Source: Dendrobates tinctorius (Eukaryota). From it: a stretch of DNA of 64,000 bases. Position numbers and translations under genes: made by a program. Where the stretch lies: positions 74,586,001 through 74,650,000 of the forward strand of contig NW_027361738.1 in NCBI RefSeq assembly GCF_039654945.1, in the 5' to 3' direction. Under the pieces are notes generated by a model. The model saw nothing but the letters and a program-made list of their open reading frames with translations. It searched no databases and was not told the DNA's origin. Position 1 is the first letter of the stretch, and every line of letters starts with the position of its first letter. Shown one piece after another: positions 1 through 13,540 of the stretch.

Positions 1-2107
1 CCCGAGCTGCGCAAGATGCAGCATCCAGGGAGGCAGAGACCAAGTATTTGCCTGCGTGCGAAATTTGGTTGGCAAGGTCCGCCAACTGCTCTGGCTGGTC
101 TCCTGCCAGAATGCCTTGGTGGAGGTCCTCAGCCCATTTGGCCATGGCCTTAGAAGCCCAAGTAGAAGCGAAGGCCAGGCTTAGAACAGATGCCGCCGCT
201 TTGAAAGCTGACCGCAAAAGATTCTATGACTCTGTCATTAGGGTCTCCTAGAGATGCTCCCCCAGAAATCGGAAGGACCGTGTTGTTAGATAGTCTTGAA
301 GCCGGCGGGTTCACAGCCGGTGAAGCTGACCAGTCTGCAATGAGTTCCGGCGAGAGAGGATATAACACCAAGGTGTTTTCCTTTTTGAAAGCGCATGGTC
401 GGATTTTCTCTGGACAATCTTCTGGAAGTCCGAATGATGAGCAAAGACCTTGGAAGGTGGTTTAGACTGTCTGAAGGAAACCTCCTGGTCTGCAGGCAAA
501 TCCTTGATATTGAAGGACTGGTTAAGCGCTGTAATGAGGCTCTGAACCATATCCCTCATATCAGCGATTCGGTCCAAATCTAGCTCCAAAACATTCTCCG
601 AGGGCACATCCGAGAAAGTCTCGCCTGATTCAGGAGAGGAAGAACGGGATAAGGGAGGCCGCTGGGACGGACTATGGGGTGATGCGGAACGGGAAGAGGA
701 ATTGGACCGGTGCTCCCGTCTGGCTCTTTTGCGGCTAATATTAGCAGGCTAAACCAGAGCTTCCTGTGACCTGTGGAAGCCTGCAGGGGCAACCTATCCA
801 GTATGGACACTAAGGTGAGATCCACCACAGATTGTGACAGAGGAAGCCCACCCTGGGATAGGGGCCTCAACCTCACTCAGGACAACCAGGGACTCCTGGG
901 CGGTGGGTTCAATGGGATTGCTGCAGTCCTGACAGAGGGAAGAGGACTGACCTGATGGAAATTTGTGTTTACAAGAATATGCAAAGTGACTGACTACCAC
1001 AGAGGAAGAAGAGCAAAGTGGTTTAGAATTAGACATGGTGAGCTAACCCACCAACAGTGCCAGACAGTTATGGGATGGAAAGCGTCAGTCTGCAGTGCAG
1101 AGCTACTCATGGAACCGGCGTCCTGAAGCGACTTCAAGTAAGGGGCTGCACAGCGGGTCTGCAGACAGAAGAGAGGACAACCAGTTCACAGGCTGAGGAG
1201 AATGGAGCTGTGAGAGAAGCGCGGGCTCCCGAATGCAGTGGGTGGTAATTAACTCACCAAGAGGGGGGCACGGAGATAACTGCTCTCAGGAGCATAAAGA
1301 TGGCGCTATTACATGCCTATAGGATGACTGGGAGTGGGTGGGGCCATGCACCACCTCTAGCCCTTAATGAAGGGGTGGGTGGTGCAAAATGGGTGGGACC
1401 CTATCTTGGAAGAAAAGCCTGCCTGAAAGGGGCGTGGCCTCGCCTCAGAACTAGGCCCGGACAGAAGCCAGGGCCTGGATTAGAAATGGTGGCCGCTGGA
1501 GGCCTTACAAGGAACGCACTTCCGCGGCGCTAAGCAACCTGATATTCGGTGGACTCAGGTAACACTGCCCTGAAGAAACTGCCCTATTGGTGTCTGTTTC
1601 CCACCGCCCAGGGGGAGAATGCTACTGCCAGGAGGAAGGGTGAGGGGCTTAGACTGCCGATACTTACCTTACCTCATTATCCAGTGGGAAATTATTAAGT
1701 CCGTGTATCCATCGACCGACAGGCTCTGGTGGGTGGGAGGGAGACAGGGCCAGGATTGTGTGGGAAGCCCGACACGCATCCGTGTTAGAGGCTCTTGATC
1801 CTGCCCAGAAGACGTATGAGGATATGGTGTGGCAGTACACGCCATACTCAGTCTTTGTGGGAATACAGATGTGACTTTTCACTCTGCATACCTCTGGAAA
1901 CCTGCAGAGGAACGACGCACACTGAGGTAGATAAGGGTCTAATGAAAGATCCGTGTCCACCTCATACTGACACTAAGCTAAACTGATTGAGTGCCAGTCG
2001 GTGGGGTGTATACTACAGAGGAGCTAACTTTATTTGTATAGTGTCAGCCTCCTAGTGGCAGCAGCATACACCCATGGTTCCTGTGTCCCCCAATGAAGCG
2101 ATAGAAA
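1..2107 (-). mobile_element. DIRS-type (tyrosine recombinase) retrotransposon, 5' part, running off the window; lies in ACBD7 intron 3
   Basis: The minus-strand terminus TTTTCTATCGCTTCATTGGGGGACACAGGAACCATGGGTGTATGCTGCTGCCACTAGGAGGCTGACAC (2107-2041) resembles amphibian DIRS termini as I recall them. Broken gag/LAP2-like ORF pieces follow (794-1036 with CKHKFPSGQSSSLCQDC; 311-607; 150-371). Confidence 0.7.
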
Positions 2108-2437
2108 AAAACAAAACAAACAAAAAAAAAAAAAAGCACCATTTCATCATTCATTACACAAGCTACCCAGTCTTATATAGATAGGTAAATTTGAGTGAGG
2201 GTAGGGTAATATTTGTATGCAAGTGAAAAGTGGGCCCCCAAAGTCAGTTACTGGTGGGCTCTTTGCATCCCAGTCCGACAGTGTACTTGTCATGAAAACC
2301 AGCCATGGCGCCCACCCCCCCCCCCCCCCCCATGCCAAGCCTGACAACTTTAGAAGAGTGCTGGGATAATTCTTGCGCAAGAGTTTGCAAAGTGTATACA
2401 TTTAATACCAATTGGTTAGCTATAAACAGAACTGCAC

Positions 2438-2500
2438 CTTTCTTTGAATTCCACGCTTCCCATTTGGCCTTGCCCTTAAGGTCCAACATTCCAGGACAAT
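2438..2500 (-). CDS. ACBD7: ACBD7 (acyl-CoA-binding protein/DBI family) exon 3
   Basis: 63-bp exon ttctgcag|...AAGAAAG|gtgcag encoding (D)[20 protein letters not shown](G), the ACBP signature. Confidence 0.93.
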
Positions 2501-3683
2501 CTGCAGAAACAAGATTTGATTTTACAGTTAATGATTCCTCTATGAGATAACCACCCTGCATGGTGTAATAAAGCATTACATCCCTAGCAACTTACACTGA
2601 TTATAATATACTGTATATCAGAACCCCTGCACAAGACCACCAAGCGGGTAAACTTCTGTCCAGCAAGTCAGAAAGCAGCCCACCCATGTCTACAAAGCTG
2701 GCCTCACATCTGATTCATGGTTCAAGCAAGTCCCATGATGTTTGGACCTGCGCTCAGCCTCAATCCAATCCATTCACCAACCATAAATGTTGGACATGTG
2801 ATACCAGCCGGAGGATTGAGTCACTGGTTGTGCTTTTATGCCACTGCAAAAGTCTCATGCACAGGTAGGGCTTGTTCACACTGTTTGCTTTTCAAAGGGT
2901 AAAAGAGGCTGCACTTTGCAGTACCAACAAATGTGTGAGGTGGCTTATTTTGTCCAGTCTTACTATGTAACCTGTTTTTGTATAAATGTTTAGTGCCCTT
3001 CCCCCCCCCTCCCAAAAAAAAAAAAAAAATCCACACTACACGTAGTGACATGCTTAGTTTTAAAAAAATGCAGCAATTTTATAGTTCAGTCAAGAAAAAA
3101 AAAAAAAAAAAAAAAAAAGACCCATGAGATTTCTGGCGTCTCAGCCGTTGCTGGTAATGTTAAACTTAAAATCTGCATAAGAGATGCAGCAAAACACATG
3201 TATGAACATAGCCTTAGATCTGTCAGTGGTGCAAGACATCCCATGTGAATCCACTACCTTCCAGTCTCAGCATATAGTCTGAAGAGCATGCACAACCTCC
3301 ATTCCGTTGAGAAGGGCTCTGCAGAGACTGATTGTCAGAATCACTGGGGGTTTCAGCAACTGCCCCCACCACAGATCAATGAATTATTGCCCTATACTAG
3401 TGATTGAAATTAACTTTCAATCTTGTGGAAACAGATTTGCCTCTAAGGGACTCCTCTTAACTTAATCTGATTTACAATAGGAAGTTGCATTTGAGGTGGC
3501 AGTGGACGCCTTCACATCTTAGTAGTTTGTACCCATGGATCCGTCAGGTAACAGCTAACCCCAGAATATTGCCCGGGACGTAGGGAAAGCCCCACACGGC
3601 ACAGCTTTGATGTAATAGGAGGAAGACATAATATAAAGAATGTAATTACAAGCATGTCACAACATGGCAATAGCCTGATATAC

Positions 3684-3801
3684 CTATATTGATGTCTCCC
3701 ACAGTGGCCTGCTTATAGAGGCCATAGAGTTCCTTTAGTTCATCATCGGTTGGCTTGGTTTTCAAGTTCTTCACATCCTCTGCTGCCTTGTCAAAATCTG
3801 C
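3684..3801 (-). CDS. ACBD7: ACBD7 exon 2
   Basis: 118-bp exon ttctgcag|GCAGATTTT...AATATAG|gtatat encoding [39 protein letters not shown]. Phase is compatible with exon 3, and synteny with RPP38/NMT2 favours ACBD7 over DBI. Confidence 0.93.
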
Positions 3802-6741
3802 CTGCAGAAAGAACCAAGACAGGCAACAGTAGAAAAAAAAAATTCTGATGCTACAATGTAGTTACTCTACTGCAGTTTAAAAAAAATAAAAATAAAAATA
3901 TAATAAATAAAATTATACTGCATCTCTATCCCATAGGCACAAACAGCAAGAAACGTAGACAACTGATTATCAGAAATGTTTGAACAAAGTGCCAGTTCAC
4001 TACTGATTAGCTTACACATACCCAGTGGATATAGAAAATGCAAGAAACAGACACTGAGCATTGTTAGTGTCCTTATCACCTCCAGATCTGGATTTACAGT
4101 TGCATTGCTCAATACTTATGTACAAATATTCTCTACGCAGCTTCTAGACAGACATCAGGTGAAGGAATCCCTCATGCCTGTGTAACATGCATGTGAGAAT
4201 TAGCATCTAGTCTTAGCCTACTAGCTCATGGGCAAGTGAAAATTAGGAGCCAAAACTGGTGACGAGCGCAAGATACAAGTCACAGTGACCAATAATATGG
4301 TTATTCTTAATATATAGACGCTTCATTTGAACAGTCAAGCCTCAGAAGTACTACTATGTGTTTTAAATATGGTACCTACGTATGTTAGGCTCTGTGATTC
4401 TCACTTTTGGATGACAATTTTACAAAAGATACCTACACTACACATTATACAGTGTCATTCCACATGTCAATGGGCCAGGAGACCAAGCCTCTTTATGCAG
4501 TGGATTATGCTAGTTCAAGATACTGAAACACTACCGAGTGAGCTAGGCCAGTGTTGCCCTACACATGGCATCTTTATCTGTGCCGATCAGGCCATGATAT
4601 TCCCAGGAAACCTACAGGAATCACATTCCGTTCTGAACACCATGGATGGTGCCAACTAGAGTTGAAAATGCTGCCAATTATGTTGTAATATATTGCATAT
4701 ATAGCGCCAAGCCAACCCTACTAATCCAAAATGCCCCAAGGATCCTTGCTGTCCACCAACGAACACTATACTCCAAGCCTGATCTTGAGAGCAAGTAGCC
4801 AGGATACCATGAGAAACATGACAGTTGTAACGTAGCTTTACGTTAGGCTGCTGTCCCAAGGATTAAAGATGCAACCCCAGCATGTTCACCCATACTTACG
4901 AGGATTAGACCTGATCTGCAGGTGTCCTTAGTGAGTTACCTGCCCTACTCACCTTGATGTAGTAGTGCAGAGCAGAGACTACTCATTAAATAGGTATCCA
5001 ATTGGCCTTAACCCATGATAGACCACTACCTGTATACACAGCCATACATAGGCTGATAATGACAACCTACTGGACTCAAGCCCAGAAAAGTTAAAATGCC
5101 AAAGCTCCATTTATACTGAATCTTTCCATAGGTCACAAGCTCAGTGGTGAATAAAGTGCATTTTCTTCCTGCAGTATTCGGCTACATGCACGAGTCAGGC
5201 AGGTTAATTATTTTTGTGGTGACAAGTTCCCTTCAAGCCTGCAGCTATAGAATTTTGTGAATGAGGATAAAGTAGTTTGCATGTAGCTGAAAAGTGGGGT
5301 CCTGGAGTTGGTTACTGGTGGGCTCTGGGCACATTACATTCCTATATGGAGCAGTGCTTTGCCATCTTTGTTGGACTAAACTCATCTACAAATTCTTCCC
5401 AATTTAAACATGTTCCTTAGCAGAAACAATGGGTCAACTGTATCTAGCACTGACCCAGGCAGATGACATTTCCAAGAGCCCAAACAAAGTGGTTACAGTG
5501 TTACTGGGAAATGTGGAAACTGAATACATTAATGAACCCATTCATCTCCATACTGGTGGCAACCTCAACCAATAGTGCTGCATCCTGCTCGGCACCTGTC
5601 ATCAGGACTTTATACCCCAAACTAATAGCATTTACATCGAAAGCACTAGAATGCAGATTTCATTTTACTCATAAAAGTTAAATTTGCAGTTTTAGAGAAA
5701 AACAGTTGAAATTGTATGTTAATGAGTTGCAAGTGCAGGGGGCGGGTGCTGCACACAGTGTTCCTGCGTTATGTCCGACAGGTACAATACAAGATACAAT
5801 TGTGGGTGCGCTCAGCTGTGCATGATAGCAACAGTGATATGGCCAGGTGCCGCTGCAGTGGAATAGTGACAATAGAAAAAGGGAGAACAAAAAGCACCAC
5901 TGCAAAAAGAGCGCACACTGCACCAATTAAAGTGACGACTGAAATAAGTAATTTTTATTGATACAAAAAAGATATACACAATAAAAACCACAGAACTATG
6001 GCATCTATGGTACCCAAAATGCATATCAATACAAAAATGTCATACGAATAAGTACATATAATGTGAGCATATAATCCAGCGACACACTAGCACTATACCT
6101 CCCTATTTCCAGGCTTATGAGGACTAAATAACCGTAAACAAAGCCCAGCCCATAATAAAGCAACCACAAACAAAAATCCATGTAGTTTTCATGCTAGCAC
6201 CCTAATAAGCCCAGATAGCAAGGTCCTGGGTATGGCATCCGTGTATCTTTATTTCCATTGCGACTATTGATTGTCTTGGTGGCAGTTTTAGATATTGTTT
6301 TGCCTTACTACGTGTCCTGGCACCACTGACATGTGGAGTTAACTTTTCTTTCCCCTTGCTATCTGGGCTTTTACCTTGTGTGGCAGCTACTCATATGGGT
6401 CTAGGAATAACATGGAGGTGCCGACTGCCATTTCCCAGGGGCAGCTGAATGCAGGCAGACTGAGCCAAGAGCGAGGTAGAAGCGTTTTGCTTTCTAGGAC
6501 TTGGAATTTTATTTTAAGTCAAGTTGTCAGAGCTATTAAAGCAAACTGAAGTTATCGGAGGACATGACATCTGCAAAAACTCAAGAGGATGCACATCCTG
6601 ATCTTCAGAGGTGAAGGTGTGCACAAGGACAGGAATGAACACTTGGCATGTGGCCATCACATACCCCAAACCCCTCACTATTATTGCACACTCACAAAGT
6701 TGTCCTTCTCATCTAACCAGTGCCGAATGGCAAAATAAGAG

Positions 6742-7818
6742 TGTGGGCCCCTGAGGGTTCAGTTGCCACAGAGGTACTGCACCTCCTCCTGAGGTGTGGT
6801 ACCCCACCATCCAGGTAAGTTGGAGGCTCCTGACCAAGCTCCAACACAACACGGTAGTTCAGCAAAGCCACATTGCAGCTCCCTGCTTGGCGTGTAGCAG
6901 AGCACCTTTGGTGGCTCCCTGCTTGGAATAGAATTGTGCTGGGAGGCAGGTGGAGTTAGAATACATAAAAGAGTGGGAAGGTTTAGAATTTGAGGGAGTT
7001 GAGTGGCAAGAGTGAGGAGAAGATCCCTGGGAGAGGGATGGAGGAAGGATGTGCTGCAGCAGATCAGTGACCTGGGTCTCCTGGCACGGGAAAGAAAAGA
7101 AGGAGAAAGACATTGAACCGAAACCTGATCTTCCATAAGAAGGAGAGACGAGTATGGCACGTAGGAATAAAAGGGACCAGAGGACGTGGGTTAGGAGAGA
7201 ACCCTGCCTAGAAGTTCTAAGCGCAAGGCCAGGGCCCGGTCCCCGAGGTTGTATGGATACTAATGATCCTGCAGCAGACAGCAGTGGAGTAGTGGGCTGT
7301 AAATGCACTACTCCCATCTAAGACTTGGGGGCACAACAGCAACTTGGATAGTGAGCCGGGACTTAGGAGTAAGGAGTCCCCGAAGCAGGCTACAGCTGTC
7401 TGCCATACTAGTTCTTGGGAACATCTGTCAGGAGGCACTCCAGTGTAACTCAGTACTAGGAGTACTTCACACAAAAGGCGCTATAAGAGAAGACATTCAG
7501 AAAGGCACATGTTGGTGGAGTGTTGGAAGGGAGCATTCCATCTGACCTGGAGGTTGACCGAGCCCCTGACCCGCAGGACACAGCACGGAGGCATTCACCG
7601 GTGTATACTACAGACTGAGTAAAGCTTTGGAGCTACAAGCCCTGGTGTCCTCCATTTATTCCCACACCAACACACCCTGTACCACTACATCTGGGTACCA
7701 GCTTCTACACCGCCTGGGCCTCTCCCCCTACATCTACACTGCCCTGGGACTACAGCTCCACCTGTGGGGAGCTTCACCATCTTGGCTGCAACACACCACC
7801 AGACCTAGAGGAGCTGCA
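6742..7818. mobile_element. Probable solo LTR (Gypsy-like), degraded
   Basis: TG...CA-bounded ~1.1 kb segment (TGTGGGCCCC...GAGCTGCA) with LTR-like composition; no matching TSD seen. Confidence 0.35.
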
Positions 7819-8660
7819 TGCAGTGTCGGCTTATGGGGCTCGGCTGACAGTTCTAAACCCTCCATCCCTTTTTCTTACAGACAATAGAGTCCTCAGCCTG
7901 TCCAAATTCCCATGCCACCACCGACACTGGTTCTATAGCAACACTCATTATGGTGCCAGGGCTTGACAACCAAGGTCTTTCCATGACCCTTAAAGGGGGT
8001 TGTCTCACAAAGGACATTTATGGCATAGTTTTTGGTAGGGCTTCTCTTCTGCCAAGCCAGCAATACCTAGATTTCAACTCATGCATTTATCTGCAAGACT
8101 TATGGGTAAGTGCACACATTAGAGGGGTTGTCTGGTCCAAGAGAACAGAGCCTGACTAGTGTACACGGCCTCACTCCATACGACACTAGTCGGAGTACGA
8201 TTTTGGCTGGAATACGCTACACATGACTCATACAAACCCTCCGCCCTGGCTCAGAAGCCAATGAATCCCCCAGCAGTGCACAGTGACTGTAGACTTGTCG
8301 ATTTGGACTTGACCACCCCGTTAAGTATTCAGAGTAGAAATTTCTGCATCTCTGTTCAGGAAATAAATCAAAATAAAGTAGTTTTTGTGCAGATTATCTC
8401 ACACTCAGTATGGGTGAAGGATGTAGCAAAAAAAAAAAAAAAAAAAAACACTGAACGGATTGACATGCTGCAGATTTATATTTTCAATTCAAAGATAAGC
8501 AGGAGACGTCGACTCATTTGCTGGCATCAGTAAACCCTTCAGGTTTTGACCAACACGTGTGCACTCAGCCCAACACTACACACCTAGAAGACATTGTTTG
8601 CATGACAGAACAGGAGCAGTACAACTATGGAAATGTGTAGCTAAAGTCACATGCAGATTA

Positions 8661-9192
8661 GGCTAGTTTCACATTAGCGTTTTTTTGCGCAGCGCATCGG
8701 GCGCATAAAAAACGCAAAGAAAAACGCAAAACAAACGCGCGTTTTTTTAACGTCATGCGCACGCTGATGTGTTAAAAAAAAGCAGCGTTGTTTGCATTTT
8801 ACATGCGTTTTTTGCATGCGTTGGCGTTTTTTATGCGCATGCATTTTTAAGTGTGACGTTTTTTCCATTGTCTAGAGAACATTCTAGACTTGTTTCACTC
8901 AAAAACGCATGCGTAAAAAAAGGCAACCGTGCGCAAGACCATGCGCACGCATGCGTTACCATAGACTTCAATGTGTTGTTTTTGCGCATTCCGTGCGCAA
9001 GTGTTTTTTTGCCGAGACAGGGCGCACCAAAAAATCCAACATGTTGCGTCTGGCGCAAAAGACAAAAAAACGCATGCGCACGAAAACGCAAGTGTGCGCA
9101 AAGACATGCGCACGTCATGTTAAACATAGGTGCGCAGTGTGCATGCGTGCGCACGATGCGCTGCGCACAAAAGCGCAAATGTGAAACCAGCC
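8661..9192. mobile_element. PIF/Harbinger-like MITE
   Basis: TIRs GGCTAGTTTCACATT...AATGTGAAACCAGCC, TTA on both sides, internally palindromic. Confidence 0.75.
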
Positions 9193-9441
9193 TTAGCGAT
9201 TCACCATACAGCAATTTGCCTTATATGACAGCTACCCAAGTGTGTGTGCCAACTAAATATGACAGACGTACACCAATATACACATAGACCTCATTTAGCA
9301 GGACTGCTGCCAATGGCAACCAATCACAGCTCAGCTCATTTTTTTAAACAGCTCCAGTAAAGTCAAAGCTGCACTGTGATTGGTTGCTATGGATGACAAA
9401 GACCACTTCATGCAGCCGAGAGCTTCCCTGTGCTGCGCTCA

Positions 9442-10023
9442 TTATACATCCCCGCGCTCCAACTGTTGCACAATGGCCAATTTATAGGGGTGGAAATGCA
9501 GGTCTAAATGCAAAATACGCCTTACTGTACGATTCCTGAGGGCAAGTTCTAAAGAATGTTTCCGAGCAGATCGACTCGGACTACGCAGCATGGCTTGCCT
9601 GACGCGTTCCACATTTTCAGGGGTACGTGCCGTTCGTGGAGCCCCCGGTGGTCGTTTGTTCATTAGTGTACCTCGTGTACGGAGTGCTTCAACCCAACGT
9701 AGGATAATGTTACGAGCGGGAACAGCTTGATTTCTGTGAATATTGAAATGACGCCGAAACTCACGCTGAACGGCTGTGATACACTCATTATTCTTGACAA
9801 AACTGTCGTACGCAAAAACGCGATGTTCTATCGTCCACGGCACCATAGCTTAAAGTGAAACTAAAATAAAAACAATGCTTTCACCTCACAAACATAACCC
9901 CGCCTCCCGCACATCTCTACCTCCACCTGGTGGTGAGTTATAGCCACTTCAAATACATCCGTCCTTTATATTTAACGATTTTATGATTAGTTTAAAAACG
10001 TCCGTCCTTTATGACTCACCCGG
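9442..10023 (-). mobile_element. 3'-truncated Tc1/mariner element with a DUF4817-type (rosa/DD41D-like) transposase N-terminus
   Basis: Terminus TA|CCGGGTGAGTCATAAAGG at 10025-10006. Uninterrupted ORF 9846-9442: MVPWTIEHRVFAYDSFVKNNECITAVQREFRRHF...RTARTPENVERVRQAMLRSPSRSARK...HPYKLAIVQQL. Confidence 0.8.
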
Positions 10024-10506
10024 TATAACTATACGGTCCATATCACCAGACGCCTCACTGAAGAGGGAGGTTGGAGGAAAACTGACCATGAGTTTTATAC
10101 TCCCACCACAAAAGACAAAACTAAAGACTGAGAAAACAGTGTAAGCAAGACAGACTTTCCCTGCACAGATGTAGCAGAGCCAGATTTGTAGTTTACATCT
10201 TTGAAGGCAGTCAAAAAAAAAAAAAAAACCAAAAAACAAAACACCCCCACTAAATCCATTTCTCTAGCAGTTGTCAGTCACAAGACCCCACCAGAGCTGC
10301 ATGGGGGTGCAGCTAGAAGCTCAAGGGGCCCTAATACTACTGAGATCTTATATGGCAGAGAGAGTTTGAGGACCATCACACCCCAACTAGACAAGACATG
10401 AAGAAACAAAAAAAAAAACCCAAATACAGTATATAGCTTTCTTATAATAATGACCCCATCTGCAGCAATAGAGCTGCAGCAGCAGGGAGCCCACAATGGG
10501 CTGTAC

Positions 10507-10518
10507 CTGGAGAGCCAT
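10507..10518 (-). CDS. ACBD7: ACBD7 exon 1 coding part (MALQ)
   Basis: ATG GCT CTC CAG|gtacag gives MALQ, matching the ACBD7 N-terminus MALQ-ADF, with a TATA box about 60 bp upstream. Confidence 0.85.
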
Positions 10519-10576
10519 GATGGATGCACAGCAGCAGCACAATCAGCAGCAATAATCTGCAGCTCAGCTGTCTCCC

Positions 10577-10640
10577 TTTTATATGGGTCAGGGCTCCAGC
10601 ACCCCCTGATTGGTTCCCATGTCTTGTGCAATGACATCAG
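10577..10640 (-). promoter_or_regulatory. ACBD7 core promoter
   Basis: Minus-strand TATAAAA at 10583-10577 and CCAAT at 10613-10609; C/EBP-like TTGTGCAAT and CRE-like TGACATCA at about 10624-10639. Confidence 0.7.
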
Positions 10641-11042
10641 CCACCATTGTGTGTGACATGGAGGGGAGGCTGCAGGTGTAACCCATTCACTGCCAACCCA
10701 TCCATGCGGTGCTGAGAGAGGGTTTCCAGCTCTGCACTGCAGATGCAGCTTATTGCACACACAGTATTATATACTATAGGTGTCCACTAGACATTGGGGG
10801 ATGGAATAGAAAATGTTTCCATGTTCCTCGAGCTGCACATTTCGGTTTGGTTTCCAGTCTTGTGCAATTTCCTGCATTCTGGAAGGTTTATTTCCACCAC
10901 ATCATGTAGTTCTGAATTTGCTTTTACTGTAATCTGCAGCGGAGTTTGCAGAGCTCACGTCTTATTAGGGTGCATTTACGTGTGACGTTTTGGTGGGGTT
11001 TTTTTCACCATGGGTAGAATTCTTTTGCCTTTTTTTCATTAA

Positions 11043-11884
11043 AGGGGATGTCCAGGTTTTTCACGAAAGTCTGCAGTCCCTGTATGTGACTGCAGACCCG
11101 TGAAACCTCTCAGAGCTTGCAGCGCGTGCTGTGAGGATCCTCCATTGGTGGAGGTGACCACAAGTATGAGATATCCATACTTCCAGCCATACAACTGAAA
11201 TGAATGAGGCCGTGCACATCTAGTCGGACTGTGGCCGACACCGAAGAATCCTTACAGTGCGTAATGTGAGGATTCTCCAGTGTCGATGGCGGATGTGACC
11301 ACAAGTATGTGATATCCATACTGAGGGCAGGGTCAGACTTGCGAGAAACTCACACGAGTCTCGCACCTCAATGCCTGGCGCTGCCGCCAGCACTCGGGAC
11401 CGGAGCGTGCGGCTGCATGTATTTCTATGTCTGAACTTGGCCTTAAGGTTATAAAAATGAAAGGAACGATGCCGATCACATCTAGTCTGACTGTGGCCGA
11501 CACTGGAGAATCAGCACAGCGCGTCATTAGAGGATTCTCCAGTGCAAGCAGCGAGACGGCTGATGTGACCACAAGTATGCGATATCCACACTTTCGGTCA
11601 TATAAATGAAATGAGCGAGGCCAATCACATCTAGTCTGACTGTGGCCAACACCAGAGAATCCTCACAGCGCATACTGTGAGGATTCTCCAGTGCTAGTGG
11701 CAAGACGACAGACGTGACCATATCCATACTTCCTGCCATACAAGTGAAATAAGCAAGGCCGTGCACATCTAGTTGGACTGTGGCCGACACCGGAGAATCC
11801 TTCCAGCGCAAAATATGAGGATTCACAAATCTGCAGTCACACAGAGTGACAGTAGTTTTTCATGATAAACCTGGACAACCCCTT
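11043..11884. mobile_element. Kolobok/T2-type MITE with internal tandem repeats and a nested Harbinger-like fragment
   Basis: TTAA|AGGGGATGTCCAGG...CCTGGACAACCCCT|TTAA; repeated CACATCTAGTCnGACTGTGGCC units. Confidence 0.7.
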
Positions 11885-12482
11885 TAAATTATATGGTAAA
11901 ATGAATGGAGTCATTCAGAACAGAAACTAGTCCTGCAAAGAAATCAAGAGCTAGTACAACCGTGTCGCAATTAGACAGCAGTATAAATCAGAGCGAGATC
12001 AGATGGCAGCGCTCAGACTGGTCGGCGGCTCTTCCAACCTGATCGTGACAGCTGCAGAGAAAGACATGAGGCTGTGACGCTCACTCGGGTCAGGAGAGCT
12101 GCCGGCCAGTCCACGCACTGCGTTCCGATCTTGCTCTGATTTATATGGCCGTCTAAGTGTGCTTTATTGGAAAAAGAAAAGATATGGGTCTTGAAAAAAG
12201 AAGGAAAAAAACGAAAGCGCACAAGAGAAAATTGGGAGTGGGGGAAGGAGTTAGTGTCCCCTATGTCCTATAGGGGCTTTAGAAATGTAGGGAGGGTTTC
12301 ACTCAAAGTCATCCTTTTTGTTGTAAGCTCTAAGGACTCTTGTTTATTTGCTGACGTAACACCAGCGCCCCCTGTCTGTATTGTCAGTACAGTACAACCA
12401 CAGAAGCTTCATAGGGATGTACCATAAGCAGACAAATGGCTCTCTGGGAGAGTAACGCCATCCAGGAGTGGCGCTATAGAGT

Positions 12483-12655
12483 CAGGGTTGGACTGGCCCA
12501 CCAGAGAACCGTAGAATCCTCCGGTGGGCCCTAGATTCTTCTTTAGGAGAGTTCATAGTGCAAACCTTGCAGCTGCCATGGGACTATTGAGTGGGGGAGA
12601 AAGGTGGGCCCCAGAATCAAATCCTCTGGTGGGCCCAATGTTCTTCAGTCTGACG
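12483..12655. mobile_element. Short hAT-like MITE, absent from the paralogous block at ~29880
   Basis: CAGGGTTGGACTGGCCCACC...GGTGGGCCCA...CAGTCTGAC flanked by (T/G)ATAGAGT direct repeats. Confidence 0.55.
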
Positions 12656-13034
12656 ATAGAGTTATACAAACATTTATTTCATGCATTATGGTTCTGATGT
12701 GGAAAACGTCAGTCATTTTATTCCTAAATGCAGAAAAAATCCATCTATTTTCCAAACCACTAATATAACTTAACTTTCAGTTATCATAGTAAAAGAGATA
12801 TAAGAAATCTATGGCGGAGACTTCTATATACAATTAAAATCTCAAGGAAGTGTCACCATTAGTGTATGAATGTATCAGAAAGCATCACTATATGAATTCA
12901 GTATGGATTATTACTATAGCAATCGTATAGATAAAAGATAGATAATAGGACGAAATATTTCCGATGGCAGTACTATAGTGGATGATGCGGAGTGTAGAAA
13001 GAAAATGTAATTCTGCAATAATTGCCATAAATCA

Positions 13035-13073
<39 letters not shown>

Positions 13074-13296
13074 TGCTCAAATAAATGAAGGGAACACAAA
13101 CAGACTGTTGCAAATGGAAGTGTTCCCTTTATTTTTTTGAGCAATATATATATAGTTATATAGTTATGTTGCATATATACATATATATATAATTGTAGCA
13201 GTCTACTATAATATAATAATATTGTAATAAAACCCCCAGGGAGCACAGTCAGGTAGTTTGAGACAGCACATATAACACCTGTGTTGGATTTTCATA

Positions 13297-13540
13297 CTAA
13301 AACTACATCTCCCACAATCCCCGGAGCTTCAGCCTCTGTGTCGGACTACAACTGACCAATCAAATACCACTTCCTGTTTTTTTGCTAAAACTACATCTCC
13401 CACAATCCCCGGAGCTTCAGCTTCTGAGTCGGACTACAACTGACCAATCAAATACTACTTCCTGTTTTTTGCGTTCCAAAATGTATTCAAAACTGGGACG
13501 CAGCGTACACCGCGTGTTCTGATTGGCTGGTTTTTGTATC
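13297..13540 (+). promoter_or_regulatory. RPP38 housekeeping promoter built from a tandem 88-bp duplication
   Basis: Two copies (starting 13297 and 13385), each with ACTACAnnTCCCA (ZNF143/SBS-type), CCAAT and ACTTCCTG (ETS). A reverse CCAAT lies at ~13522 and another ACTACAATCCCCAGCA at ~13675. Confidence 0.7.

Noticed and set aside
2244-2576. Single-exon 110-aa ACBP-like ORF
   Set aside because: Only 2438-2500 is exonic; the rest is intron read-through
8674-9287. Cys/Ala/Arg-rich ORFs, and similar ones at 58410-61253
   Set aside because: Derived from palindromic MITE sequence
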